DNA of 32,373 nucleotides from Neolecta irregularis DAH-3 (Eukaryota): NCBI GenBank assembly GCA_001929475.1, contig LXFE01000826.1, positions 1 to 32,373 of the forward strand, read 5' to 3'. Shown piece by piece: positions 1 to 13,593 of this stretch (position 1 is its first letter; each line of letters starts with the position of its first letter). The notes under the pieces were generated by a model. It saw only the letters and a program-made list of their open reading frames with translations, ran no database searches and was not told where the DNA came from. The position numbers and the translations under genes were made by a program.

Positions 1-271
1 ACACGTTCATATAATCGAACAAACTCTGTAGTTGGAACTCCTCGTTTTTTCTCATCTATGGATGAAGGATACCAAGTAGTGAGCTCTTCCTTCAAGATAA
101 ACGGAATTTTCCAGGCTTCAAACATACGGCCATTGGAGCTTTGCAAAAGCGATTGAAGCAAGTTAAGCCAGAAAAAGGAAACCTGATAGATTCTCCAAGT
201 ATGGTGGTATCGACTGGTTCGGCATCATATCGCACTGGTAGTCTTTTCGTTTCATAATTATGATCCGACAT
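1..271 (-). CDS. 5' part of a hypothetical protein running off the window start
   Basis: ATG at 271 (MSDHNYETKRLPVRYDAEP...). A GT-AG intron at 182-139 (44 nt) gives a frame that stays open to position 1. No recognisable domain, and upstream exons are possible. Confidence 0.4.
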
Positions 272-1557
272 GGTGTATCGCTGGGTTTTGCTGAATGAGG
301 AACGTCGAGCTCTGTTATCTGTTGATCCTATCAGGTGTCTTTCACCTTACGCTTCGAATTATATGTATTTTTCCTCGTAAGACCGATGACAGCCGAAACT
401 ATCTCCGTTGTAAGTCCTTTATAATTAGTCTATACGGTAAGCGAGCTTATTGCTTCCCTGTTGGTTATATGTGCGTGATAGCGAGTCGAGACAGTACAAA
501 TTTTCATAATGATGATGAAATGAAACGATTTGTAATCAGTCGATTTGCTGAATCATTGCTTCATTTTGAATCAAAGTCCACAATTCCACTTTAACTACTA
601 ATTGCAAGTTGACAAGGCCAAGTCTGCTTAAACTGGCTTGATAGTGATAGTGAAAATGGGATTATTTGTAATCAGTTAATCCTTTTAGCAGGTTTGTTGT
701 GCCACTGTTGAATGTATTTTCACCACACCGAGCACGAGTCGATAAGACCAAGACCGTTTAAAATAATTGATAGGGATGATGAAACTAAGTAATTCCCACA
801 CACAGGTGACGAACAGAAGAATTTCCCACAAATTAAGAGAAAAACTCTCGGAAAAACGAGATAGCTGATCGTCCCACTTCAGGCGGGAAATAACGCATGA
901 TAGGTTCGGTGTATTTCACACAAGATCAGTGAATTGCGACATAGATTCATGTCTTCGTAACGTGGAATTACGAGATTAGAAATATCAGGAGCTTACAATG
1001 AGATTTTGGATTATAGCGCTGATCGATGTAATTCATTTTTGACGAAGAAAAGTTATCAGCTTTTATATCGGTACTATTGTCGTTATGGAGGTTAAAGTCG
1101 CGAATGTTAAAATTGAGAGACCTAGCCCATAGGAACGATTTGAAAGTATATTTTGCAATGAATTCCTCGATATCTTTATAGCTTGGAAAGCTAGGTGAAA
1201 AAAGTCTTGTAACTCATTAAGTCAATTCAAAACGTAATAGAAATGCGCAGTAGAATGGATGAACAGAGGTTTTATGCAAAATTGTCGAGTACATGGTCCG
1301 AATTTACAGACCAAAGAATAAAATAAGCTCGGCGTTGTACCAACCGACACCCCCCTCCCTCCCCCATCCGACACCTACAAAAAGATACGTGACGCATATA
1401 TTTGTCTACCCAATGTTCTATTCAAAGTTTAGCTGCCATTATCCTTTTGAAGAGTCGATCGTGGAGAAAAATCTTTATGTTTATTTTTATTATATATTTA
1501 TATCGTGTCAGGGGAATGGAGGGGTCGGTTGATACGGCGCCGAGCTTATGTACCACA

Positions 1558-4277
1558 TCACGATTTCTCCGCCCGTTTGAGTACCTCTTCCAGAGCTGCT
1601 GGACTGAATCTATCCCTTTCCAATTGCGCCCAAATAACGTCTTCATGAAGATAACATAACACTCCACCCGTACCACTAGCGCTTGCAGTGATTCTAAACA
1701 GAGGAAACCCAGTAGCCTTGTGCGGTTGTCGCATAGGAACAAGCAGTAAATTATGTTCTGCACAAAACTCCTCGACTACATCTTTGAACGTAATTTCCTC
1801 GTCAACTTTAGGTCGTGGAGGTTTCGGCTTTGTATGTGCCGATTCTGATGATACAAGAGATGATGGCGGTTGTAATCTACATTGTTTAGTAAAATTTGAT
1901 GGGAGATATCTGTACTTTTCTCCAGCTTCGTCACCCAATATCAGTGCCTCATTGATCATATCCAACCCACGTCGAAATCCTCGATCAACAGCTTCAATGC
2001 CATCACCCAAATCACGGGTAAACATACCCTTCCAAAATTGATACCACTGCATTACTTCCTCGTAATTAGGCTGTGCAGTCAACCATAAATAGAGAATATT
2101 CAACCACTTTGGGAAAAATTCCACCTCAAAGAGCCTTCCAAAAGTCTTTGCCAGGAAGAATTTCTTCCATAAAAGAACGAGAGAAAGTGGTTCAAGAACC
2201 TGATCCGCAGGATTAATTTCAAAATCGGAACGTAAAACAGCCGCAAGTTTTGATAAAAGATGTTTTCGCAATAGTTCGTCAAGGGCAGATTCTCCAAAGA
2301 TAGCTTTCCATTCATCAAGACCTTCGACGACACCATTTTCCATGTTCCATGAACCTAATATATGGCCAAATTTGCGTTTGACATCATCAACGACTTCTTC
2401 CATTCGATCGCCGAGATATGGCAGCCATGGAAATACCCAAGAATGAGGTGGTGGAGCACCGCCTTTGCGTGTGCGATGTGTACGGGGGTTCCAATCATTT
2501 ACCGTTCGGTGGAGTTTTGGGAGTATTAAATTATCTAGAATGGAGTCGTGTATAAAAGCAGGAAGTAAGGGAATCCAAGCGTCGAGAAGGGATAACAAGG
2601 ATGAGGGGTCATGAGGGTCCCAGTCATTATTAATCGCTGTTCGTACTTTTGGAAGCCATAGAGAGTAGATTAGAGATTCGTAATATGTGGTTGATTGTAC
2701 AGGTTTCTTGGGAACGGAAGCTTTCGCAAGGGAATCTTCGTGATCGGCCTTGTTAAGTATCTGTAATAACAGCTTCCAACGATGAAAGTGGTGCGTCAAT
2801 TGGCAGGATTCTTCCGTTGGTTCCCAATTTTTCAAGATTTGCTTGACCTAGGAGATGAATACTTTGTCAGTTAAGCGAGACACACGTATGGCAATATTGC
2901 AGCAACGGTAACTTCATCCAACTTCCAGTTTTCAGATTCATTTTGAAACTTGAACTGCAGTTGTTCTAGTAAAGGTGATATTTCAACCAGTGCGTCCTCA
3001 GCTTCTCCGTTAACGATGTTCAGCTCCTCTATTAATTCTAAAAGTTCGTTCAATTTATTGATTTCGGTTTCATCTTGTTCTAACTCGGCGGCGATACGTG
3101 ATTCTTCCATTTTAACATACGATTTACGGTCTTGCAGTTGCTTCCATTCACTGGCAAATGCTTCGACATCTCGACGAGCCATGTTTGCGATTTTGAGAGA
3201 TTCATTATGCTCGATTTGAGAAGTTGTCAAAACGCCCGAAGCTGCTGTGATGAGTTTTGTCTGTGATATTAACCTTGAACAAGGTGAGGACGGAGATACT
3301 TCTTTCCCCGTCATATCGATCAACCTTTCCAAGGTAAGTGGAACGTGTAAACCTTTTGAGTCCTGGATAATTTCTCTGACTGTCCTATACTTTACTTTTT
3401 TCGTCCTTGTCCCAGAACTCAAAGCTTTTTTCTTTGCTTTTTTCTTTTCCTCGTCATCGCTACTATCGATTTTGCCTCTGCGCCGAGCTTCTTCTTTTGC
3501 CTGTTCTGTTTTTTCCTTGATACCACCGAGACCAAGGCGCCCGGGTCGAAGCTTGGTCTCGATGGGATTCACGATACCCTGTCCTTGCTGACCTAATCCT
3601 GTCCCAGAAACATATCCCATCTTGGCCATCATTCGTGCGCCGAAACCGACGGTGTTGAATTCGGCTTTTGGCGGCGCCTTTGCTGGTGCCCTTCGTTTCT
3701 GAGAGGTCGTCGAGGGCTGAGCAGCCGTAAATGCAGTCTTGCCACCGGGTGTAGCCTGCATTGAAAAAAGTTCCGAATCAACGGACTCTTCATTCGATAT
3801 AGAGTGGTTGAATCGCAGTCCCCCATGAGCAGCTGTTAATGAAGCAGAAGGGATCGAGTTTGTTGGAGCAGCACCTAATCCAGCAGGTGAGGCGGAATTT
3901 TCACTTTTGGGTTTTCCGAGTAAATAACTGTGAGCGAATGAGGGACGTTCATCCTCGTCACTGTGTTCATTTTCGCCTTGTTGAACGAAATTAACATTCC
4001 TAGCCTGCTCAGCAAAGGGATCGGTTGGGCGGATGGCATACCTGTAACGAATATTATGTCTGCCCAAGCCGCTCCTTTCGCCGTCTGAATCTTCTCCAAA
4101 GACGCCATAGATATGTTGTTCGCTGTCGTGACCGACTTTGCGTTTCTTCCGTCTTGCGGTGTCTCTGAAGGAGTCGCCTTCCGGCTCAGCATTGCACTCA
4201 TCGGGCTCGTCTGAGGAATTGTCGCTCGAGGAAGAATCTACGGGCGCGCACTGCAGCGGATCTGTGCGCCGTCCCAT
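1558..4277 (-). CDS. TFIP11: Tuftelin-interacting protein 11 / Spp382(Ntr1) G-patch spliceosome disassembly factor, ~853 aa
   Basis: G-patch (FGARMMAKMGYVSGTGLGQQGQGIVNPIETKLRPGRLGLG), N-terminal IYGVF motif, and GCFC-type region (WLPKVRTAI, HSWVFPWLP, FFPKWLNIL, WYQFWK). Introns 4041-4000, 3299-3261, 2885-2848, 1915-1877; spliced length is divisible by 3. Start ATG (MGRR) is inferred. Confidence 0.9.
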
Positions 4278-4336
4278 CGGTGGACGCGAGGCGGGTGTGG
4301 CGCTCGCTTGGCGGGTGGCGCTCGCTAGTCTGGCGT

Positions 4337-4349
4337 CACGTGACACGTG
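4337..4349. promoter_or_regulatory. Tandem CACGTG E-boxes in the divergent TFIP11/VCX1 promoter
   Basis: gtcacgtgacacgtgac carries CACGTG at 4337-4342 and 4344-4349 in a GC-rich divergent intergenic region. Confidence 0.4.
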
Positions 4350-4679
4350 ACGATCCCCCTTTCAAGCGACCTCCGAGCAACCCGGCCCGGGACCGGCGAC
4401 AACACGACGTGGGACAGGCGGCTTCGGCTGTTTTCTCCGTAATCACGATCGCCGGGCCACAATTGTGTCGGGGGACCGGGAAATCAGGGCCGAACTGGAT
4501 CCGGGCTGGTCTGGCCGTTGGGTTTTATATGACTTTAACATGTACGGAGTACTGAAACGGAGCTGTATATTTATGCCGAAATTGCCTTTTTATTTGCTTG
4601 TCCAGGCCCCGGCCGTCGCTGCGATCTCTAATTTTCCTTGAGCCGCCAAACCACCTCCGCGTCCTCTGCCAGTGTTGCC

Positions 4680-6173
4680 ATGCGTACCGCGTCCAGTCTG
4701 CCGCGTTGCTAATCTTCTTGCAGACAGTCTCAAAAATGCAAAGGCTCGCTTTGTGGCCAATGATATTCTTCACCGCAGGTCAAGCTCTGCCGTCATCGAC
4801 TCAGACGGCGACCACTTTCCACTCCTCGGCGACGAAGCGCAACCTCGCCATCAAAAGGCTTCTCGCATTCTGCTTACGAGCATCTATGCCTCCACCAAGG
4901 TGATCCTGACAAGCAATTATGTCAACGCGCTTTTGGTTTTTGTTCCGCTCGGAATTCTCGCGGGCGCCTTCCACTGTAATCCCATAGCTGTATTTGCACT
5001 CAACTTTTTGGCCATTATTCCCTTGGCTTCGGTACTGCTCTTTCTAAATAGTCGTGTTGATGTTATAAGCTCTTGAGTTTTGCCACTGAAGAACTGGCGA
5101 CAAAAGTCGGGCAAACACTTGGTGGACTTCTCAATGCGAGTTTTGGAAATGCTGTGGAGCTCATCATGTATGTGATTGCCTTTATCTCTTAAAATACTAA
5201 CCCCCTAGATCAATAGTCGCACTGGCTCGCGGTGAAATCCGAATCGTGCAAACATCGATGCTTGGATCGATCTTGAGCAACCTTCTTCTCGTATACCCTA
5301 CAAACCCATTCCAATTGATCAACAGGTCCTTGGAATGTGTTTCTTTATAGGTGGAATCAAATATCCTGAACAACAGTTCAATATGACCGTGGCACAGGCA
5401 ATGAATTCTCTTCTTGCCGTCGCTACATCATCCCTATTCATCCCCGCTGCTTACGTTGCTTCTGTGCCAAAGGAGCTAGATACAGAGAGGCAAATTCTCA
5501 TATTATCTCGAGGAACATCAATAATCCTTCTTTTGGTATATGTTTGTTATCTCGTCTTTCAGTTGAAAACACATACTGCGTTATACGAGCCTCAAGAAGA
5601 AGTGGAACAGCAAGAATCATCCATATCTCCTTGGGTAGCAGCAAACCTTCTCGCCTTGGTCACAGTTGTAGTTGCCGTCTGCGCTGAAGTAACTATCACA
5701 CTTGTTCAAAGCTGACGCAGAGTACCTCGTAGGCTCCATCGATGCATTGGTTACCCGTTCGGGAATGAGTAAAACTTTTGTCGGTCTAATCCTGATTCCG
5801 ATTGTTGGCAACGCAGCGGAACACGTCACCGCAATTGTCGTTTCAATTCACAATAAAATGGATCTAGCCGTCGGAGTGGCTATTGGTTCATCCATGCAAA
5901 TCGCCTTGTTCATGACTCCTTTTCTTGTCGTACTGGGATGGATCCTTGGTCAACCCATGTCCCTGTACTTTCAGACCTTTGAAACCGCAATCATGTTCAT
6001 TAGCGTCTTTATCGTAGGAACCCTAATACAGGTACCCCGCGTTCTATATGGAACAACAATTGACTTTTTACAAGGATGGCAAGAGTAATTACCTGGAGGG
6101 AATCCTCTTGATGAGTATGTACGCTATCATCGCGGTGGCCTTTTACCTTTACCCAGACAACGTGTCGTTATAA
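4680..6173 (+). CDS. VCX1: Vacuolar Ca2+/H+ exchanger (CAX family), ~420 aa
   Basis: Alpha-repeat motifs [14 protein letters not shown] and [11 protein letters not shown], plus [11 protein letters not shown] and DGKSNYLEG. Introns 4684-4723, 5032-5069, 5168-5208, 5291-5325, 5689-5722, 6032-6074; frame closes. Confidence 0.93.
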
Positions 6174-6486
6174 ACTTTTCGCAATAATGCTCGACTACTT
6201 GTTTCCCAGGATTATCAAAACTACCCTCAAATTAGGAATAAACTGTGCCGGTGTCGTATGACTCACAATCACCAGAACCGTATACTCCCTTTTTTGTATC
6301 TCTCAATATTTATCAAGTATTTATGTTGATTGTGGAAGATATTGCACCATTTTGTTAAACAACATCGTGATCTTGTTTGATAGTCAAGTGACTAGTCATT
6401 ATATAACCGCCAGGGTCCCACTCACAACTAAAATCGATAAACACCGGCAGGGGAGCAACCTCCTGATCTGATTTTCCTGTTCCCCT

Positions 6487-7272
6487 ATGATGAAAGAAAC
6501 TTCGTCAAACGAAATGTACTTTTGCATGACCCCACGAAAACCACTACGAACGATATACCTCCAATTATCTCCGTTTCTGATATCCATCTATCTGGGTATT
6601 TTGATTATTCCATACCTCAATTCGCCCAAACTACATCTTTTGCAACTTTTTATTGGTCCAGCGATTTTTGGCTTGTCATATACACCCCGTCTACTACTCG
6701 CAAAATGGGTCAGTGAACCAACGCTGCTGAAAAGTATCTCTGCTTGCATATTTATCGGCGCCGAAACAGAATTAATTCGCTGGTCCACCATCGTCCTTTT
6801 ATTGACTTATGTAGACCAATCTTGGACAGGAATCTATGTGTTTTCATGGAGGTGATTTATCATTCTATGTAACAATACTGAGAATAGTTTTATTTTCACG
6901 GAATCGATACACTCGTGGACGCAATTTTTGGCAATCTGTCCGACGCCGGAAGACGAAGAATTGGCTCCGCTGATATCTCCCAGACATGACCTTACAGACT
7001 TGTTCGGTCTTCCGTTCGTTGACTTGTCACCGATATTACCATTTCTATGGCGGATCACGGCGGTATTGTACTTCATCGGATCGAGCCTTGTGGTCGCTAA
7101 ATGGATATGGAGTCCATATCTTTTGATTCTAGTATTATATCGGGGTATAGTATGTGCCGTCTGGGGCCTTGGACTTCCTGTTTTGGGAATTGTAAATGCT
7201 AGTTACGTCAAATTTATTGTCGATTTGGGCTGGTTTTTCGCGGGATTGGCTGTATGGGGAGTTACTTGTTAA
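6487..7272 (+). CDS. Hypothetical multi-pass membrane protein, ~249 aa
   Basis: Two hydrophobic ORFs joined in frame by a 36-nt GT-AG intron at 6852-6887. Several TM-like stretches. Start ATG is ambiguous. Confidence 0.6.
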
Positions 7273-7576
7273 ATAGATTATTTGTCTTTGTCAGGAAAAA
7301 GAGAATTGTCGCGTTTACGAAAATAAAAGTTAGATATGGTCGTTGTACTGCGAGTCTGGTTGAAATTATTCTCATCTGATGGTTGCTCTCTTCACCCTCC
7401 CCAAGACCCGCCCTGATTTCATCATTTCTTTCAAACTGCAGAAAAAGAATTTCAAGAAACGTAAAAATCTATTTTATTTTATTACGAATTCATCCTCCCA
7501 ATCCCAGAATAAACGCCAAAATGTACTGTCCCTGAAATCCCAAAGTAATATACAGACCTAATTTCATGCAAAAAGC

Positions 7577-10500
7577 CTAAGCGGAATAAAGAGTCGCTCT
7601 CCTCCTCGCCTGATCCTCTTCTTCTTTCTCATCGAGACGATCGCTCGGCAAAAGGACCTAGAGTGATTAGATGATCAGACAATAGAAAAAGAATTTTACT
7701 GCTCGATCAATCTTGTACGGTAAGCCTACTTGATTAATAAGGAGTAAGAGGAGAGAGCAAATGCCTCTGTGGCGACCACGAATTTGAGACACAATAATGA
7801 CAAGCTTACTAATGGTGTGAAATTTGGCTGAAAAGGAAGCATTAATTCCTGGATATCCTAAACTGAAAACATGAACATCTGTATCCGGAAACATCATGTT
7901 ACCTCAAGCCAACAGTTCCACTAAACACTGTTAGAGGAGTCATAGAAAGCCAACTTACTAGGCACTCACAACTTCAAACAAGATGGCAAAGACACTAAAG
8001 TACTGTGGCATCAGCATTGTCTGAAAATAAAACAATGTACATAGTCACGAGGATTATCCAAGCTTGAATTCTCGACAATAGAAATGACAAAGAGAGACAC
8101 GAAAACAAACCACAAGTCGAATCCTAACTGTCTTCGAACATGGGTCCCTAGAATTAGAATTGTAGTATAAAGATAATCTGCTTACAAACAAAGGACATAT
8201 TGCCATCTTCATCATCGCCGTAGATACCTAGAGAACGTTCCTAAATAGTCAGAATGGTTTGCCACATGAAAAGCATTCCTCATAGACGTTTGTCCTACAA
8301 AATCATTGTCAGCTAAGTTCATCAAAGAGATACGAAACCACCTTCTAATAGTCATAGCAACTTGTTAATTAGTCCAACCTAGAGAGCACTTGAAAAATTA
8401 CCCGGATAGACACTGATGTACATCATCATCACAAAACTAACCAACATCGCAGTATGGAGCATTGAGAGATTGACGACCGAAAACCCAGCTGTCCTCGTTG
8501 ATATAGCTTGGAAAAGGCCGACTGAAATGCGATAGCCTACAGGTATATTGGTGACATCAGTATCTCTAAGCTAAACATCAGAAGAGGTTGACGAATGACA
8601 TACGTCGAGGATCATGAATAAAATAAGATCACAAGCATTTAGCGCCTGCCAATTAGAATAATCACGGGGGCAACTACGAACTACGAGAATGCCAAATAGT
8701 AACCAGGTGGACTACCTTATTAGAATGTGAGTAATTCCAAGAGCTACCCGGCTAGGAAAGAGCAAGGTGAAGCAACGTCGGGGATGACTTTGGAGTCAGT
8801 ATTTGGCCAATGAACATTCATACTCGAGAAGAAACGCAAAAGACTTGAAAGTAAGTAAGAGAGTTGCTATATAGATGAGAGCATACCTCTCTATGAATTG
8901 AGTCATATGGAAATAGCTTGAATAAACACCAAATCGTCAGACGAAGAAGGCAAGGAAATCCGGTATTCCTCGTCATAAGCTTCTGAGATGGATGGAAGGG
9001 ATATACCCCGCAACGATTAGGAAATCACCTACAAATAAAGGGAATAAAGCGCGTTGGAATGGAATGAAGGAATCCGGAGTGAGCTTGTATCAGTCAAACT
9101 GCACTGTACGATGAAACCTTACTGTCAAGCCTACTATTAGTCAAATGCAGCTAGCACTAGATACCAAGGTCATTGAATGCCGATGCAGAAGTAAACACGG
9201 CCCACCAGCCTCTAGAAACAGCGATTTTATCAACGACAGGGCCATAGGTAGCGCTACCGACAATAAAGCCGGTATATGAAACCAGGCCAAAGATATGAAG
9301 TACAATAAAGTAAGCTGGTTCTTCAGTAATGTCTAGGTAATGTAGAATACCGACTAGAATCCATGCCAAAGTCTTTAAAGCACGATACTCGATACCCTTG
9401 AGTTCATCCAGTTGTTCCGAAGTCAAATCGACAAAGGTCTAATCGTAAGCCTGTAAAGCACGCGCTCATGACATACAGAATTGCGACCGATCGTTGGGTT
9501 ATACGACAGATACGGCAAGGACATTGTTGTTCTGACAGACCTTTTAGAGTTTGGGCTTCCGTCACGCTTTCGCCGAATCGTGTTGGCGATAGCTCGGTCA
9601 AAAGTCGAAGTTGGAAGGAAGGGTTTCTCCAATATATTTGCCTTCCTCATTCGAAGATGAGTGGCCTGTGATGGTCCTTCGATTGTAAGCGTTCGCCGTT
9701 TGATGTCGTGACCAGGCGGAGATTGAGGTACATCGGCTGTTCTACTGCGACGTAGGTCTGATGTTGAATGAAAGGTCGAACCTAGTGTGATGTCTTGGAG
9801 GTCTCGGGCGACAAAGGGGTCGAAAACCTTGTGATTGAGATTTTCTGGGGCTGCTTCAACAACCAGGCCTCTTCTTGGAGCGGGAAGATAGCCAAATGTG
9901 ATTTCCAAAGGAGGTGTATTTTTTGGCGATAATTCTTCGCTAATACCATTCAGATCTTGTGAGAGGAGGGAAGCGATATACTCATTGCCATTGTGGGATG
10001 AAGCAACCTCAGTGTTGAGAGGCTGTGGAACGTGGATTTCTGTGCGACACAGATCATCATCCTTGACAGTTTGATCCGATTGGAGGGAGCACAACTGATC
10101 GCCAACAGTTTTGGTAATGGGATCGGGAAGAATTTCTGTATTTTCTGGACTCCGTGTCAAGGTCCCTCCTATGCCTGAATTGAAAAGGACTCGGATTGCT
10201 CGGCCTTCCACGCCCTTGTGTTCTCCATCGGTCAGGCGACTGCGAGACTTTGTTCTGCTTCTGCTACGACGAAGCGAGAGCTGCAGAGAGTTCTCGGTCA
10301 CTATCCAGTCAGATATGGTAGGCTGGTGTGCCTGCTGCTTGCCTATCTGTTTGAACCGCCGCTTGAACCAGTATATGCGGACGAACACGACTGTAGAATG
10401 GATGAATATGGGGTTTGTAACCATAGCCAGGAGGTACATGATAGTCTGCCGGGCCATCAGCATGCGTGCAGCGAGGAATCTTGCCTGTTGCCACACAGAG

Positions 10501-10754
10501 AGCGTGACAAGGTCAACAACATTGAGGCCGGCCTGAGTACAGGAACTGCTCGCCATAAACAGCGCATCGATGTATGCAATAGGGCTGCCGCCGGTGAATA
10601 TTAGCACAGAGCCCAGGACCGAGGAGCCCAGAATATATGCATCTATATGCATTATGCATCAGCAGCAGCTTGTCAGGACCATACAGTGCAGCAGCAGAAA
10701 ACTGGGCATTGCGTAGCTTTGCAGAGAGCCAACAAACGGCCACCTCATGTGCAT
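7577..10754 (-). CDS. TRK1: Trk/Ktr/HKT-family potassium transporter, ~774 aa, 22 introns
   Basis: Motifs YIDALFMASSSCTQAGLN, YLSYNPTIGRNS, GIEYRAL, SAFNDLGLTLTPDS, AGNTGFPC, DHPRRCFTLLFP, STRTAGF, TNVYEERSLGIY, FEVVSAYGTVGLSLG, RGRHRGLP. Introns (donor-acceptor): 10684-10643, 10484-10446(GC), 10342-10301(GC), 9476-9439, 9350-9315, 9164-9131, 9122-9084, 9006-8969, 8886-8844, 8823-8788, 8747-8712, 8681-8646, 8603-8571, 8401-8361, 8341-8295, 8278-8241(GA), 8185-8148, 8040-8003, 7958-7921, 7902-7863, 7764-7726(GC), 7699-7658. Spliced CDS 2325 nt. Confidence 0.92.
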
Positions 10755-10817
10755 TACCGGCTGAAAGAATTGTCGTGTATTATATATTCCAGAATGATGG
10801 TGAGTTGTGCGTTATAT

Positions 10818-10897
10818 CACGTGACCAATGCGGTCTTGGAGTCATGCATATATTCCAGCAAATTGTTTGTTAGTGGCCCAGCGTTTTCCGCCACGTG
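10818..10897. promoter_or_regulatory. E-box and CCAAT elements in the ~190-bp divergent TRK/HEM2 promoter
   Basis: atCACGTGaCCAAT at 10816-10829 and a second CACGTG at 10892-10897. Confidence 0.4.
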
Positions 10898-10947
10898 CCT
10901 AGCCTTGTGGGCTCAACGTCATTGGGCTTGCTCATCATCAAAAGAAA

Positions 10948-12185
<1,238 letters not shown>

Positions 12186-12701
12186 ACGCGCGACAAAAAT
12201 CTGTTATGGGGTCTTATCATTTGAAGTGTAAATAGCGTCTTCGATCCAAAAATAACAACTGGTATGTTGGATGTGTGTAATTGTATGAAGGCGTTGGCAT
12301 TCACATACGTGGCACTTTACATTGGGATTCCAGGACACCGGAGCTTTTCTAGCCTCATCTGTTCGACATGTTCCATCTTCGAACGCCGAACAAAAGTGTT
12401 CTATATGTGTAGGGGTACGTGTTATTTCACGTTGAAGTCTCTCTCGCATTGAGTTCAGCAAGTATTCGCAATCGGAAGTGCCTCGGCTAGAGCCTCTCTC
12501 GCACTGATGGAAAGGAAAGGTTGTGATCTTCTTGAGCCCTCGTAATCAGATCAAATCATGCAATTCAACTTATAGTGGTGAATTAGACCGACCGGGCTCT
12601 CTCATCCCGAATCATTCAACCTAAGATGAGGATTAATAAATTCGGGACCGAGACTAAAACGAGTGGAAGATTTTTCATTGCAGCTGGAATTGCGGCCCTT
12701 C

Positions 12702-13387
12702 ATGCGTATCGCAGTTTTGGGAGTTACTCGCCCAGTAGGCCACAAATTTGCGCAGATCGCAGCAGACAATGGCCATTTTATTCATGCTCTAGTCCGTGGT
12801 TCTAACTCTCGTATACCTACGGGGCTCGATAAACATCCCAACATCGTATGGGTAATTGGCGATGCAACATTGGCGAAAGACCTGAGCGAACTTCTCGAAG
12901 GTTGTGAGGGAATATTCGCTTGTCTGGGTGCAGGTTCAAAGAAAACGACCATCAATACTGATTTCACCAAGGTACACTGCCCGATCAAGTGTAGCGTTGT
13001 TGATGTGCATAGACTGTCATTCCATTATTGACGCCTGACATCAAATTTATAATCATCGGAAACGTTGGTGTAGGTCAAAGTTTTGCTAATCAGAACTTGA
13101 TTGCAAAAGCTTTCCTCAAAACTAGAAGGGCTTCAATCCAGGTTGATAAGACAACCATGGAAAATAACATTACTTCCTCGCGTCTAAAGAACTATGTTGT
13201 CCTTCGAGCCCAGCGTTTGAATAACAAGAACATGGATCTCGGAAAAGTGAAGATCCTCGATGACGCTCATGGAAGTGTATTCGGGAAGACGAAGAGAGAG
13301 GATCTCGCCGGTATTGCGTTGGAAATTCTTGAAGGAAAGAGGAGTGAGGTCAAATGGCAAAGTATAGTTACTGTGGTCTCGAAATAA
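12702..13387 (+). CDS. NAD(P)-binding Rossmann-fold protein, flavin reductase/BLVRB-like, paralog 1 (214 aa)
   Basis: MRIAVLGVTRPVG...IHALVRG...VIGDAT...EGCEGIFACLG...YVVLRA...REDLA pattern of atypical SDR/BLVRB-like proteins. One intron at 12972-13012. Confidence 0.75.
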
Positions 13388-13593
13388 GCAATTTGAGATT
13401 GGCAAACTTCAAAGTAGTGAAACTCCCTAGTATAGCCTTTTTGGTAAAAGTTGAACAAGTAGAAGCTTCCTTGCGTATAACCCAGTCCATAAGTTTCACG
13501 TCTTCCCGAAGTCCCCGTGGTCGAGTGTCCAGACACATAGCGTGTAGAATTACTCCTTAATAGGCATGATAAACGTATCCTCCCACAATACGA

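Noticed and set aside
295-1763. Short track ORFs (295-594, 1293-1532, 1402-1659, 1422-1763)
   Set aside because: No recognisable motifs. They lie in AT-rich intergenic or UTR sequence or overlap TFIP11 and are likely spurious.
7577-9160. TRK 3' half as a pseudogene (no long ORF in the track)
   Set aside because: It is fully explained by dense short introns, and the spliced frame is intact with all conserved motifs.
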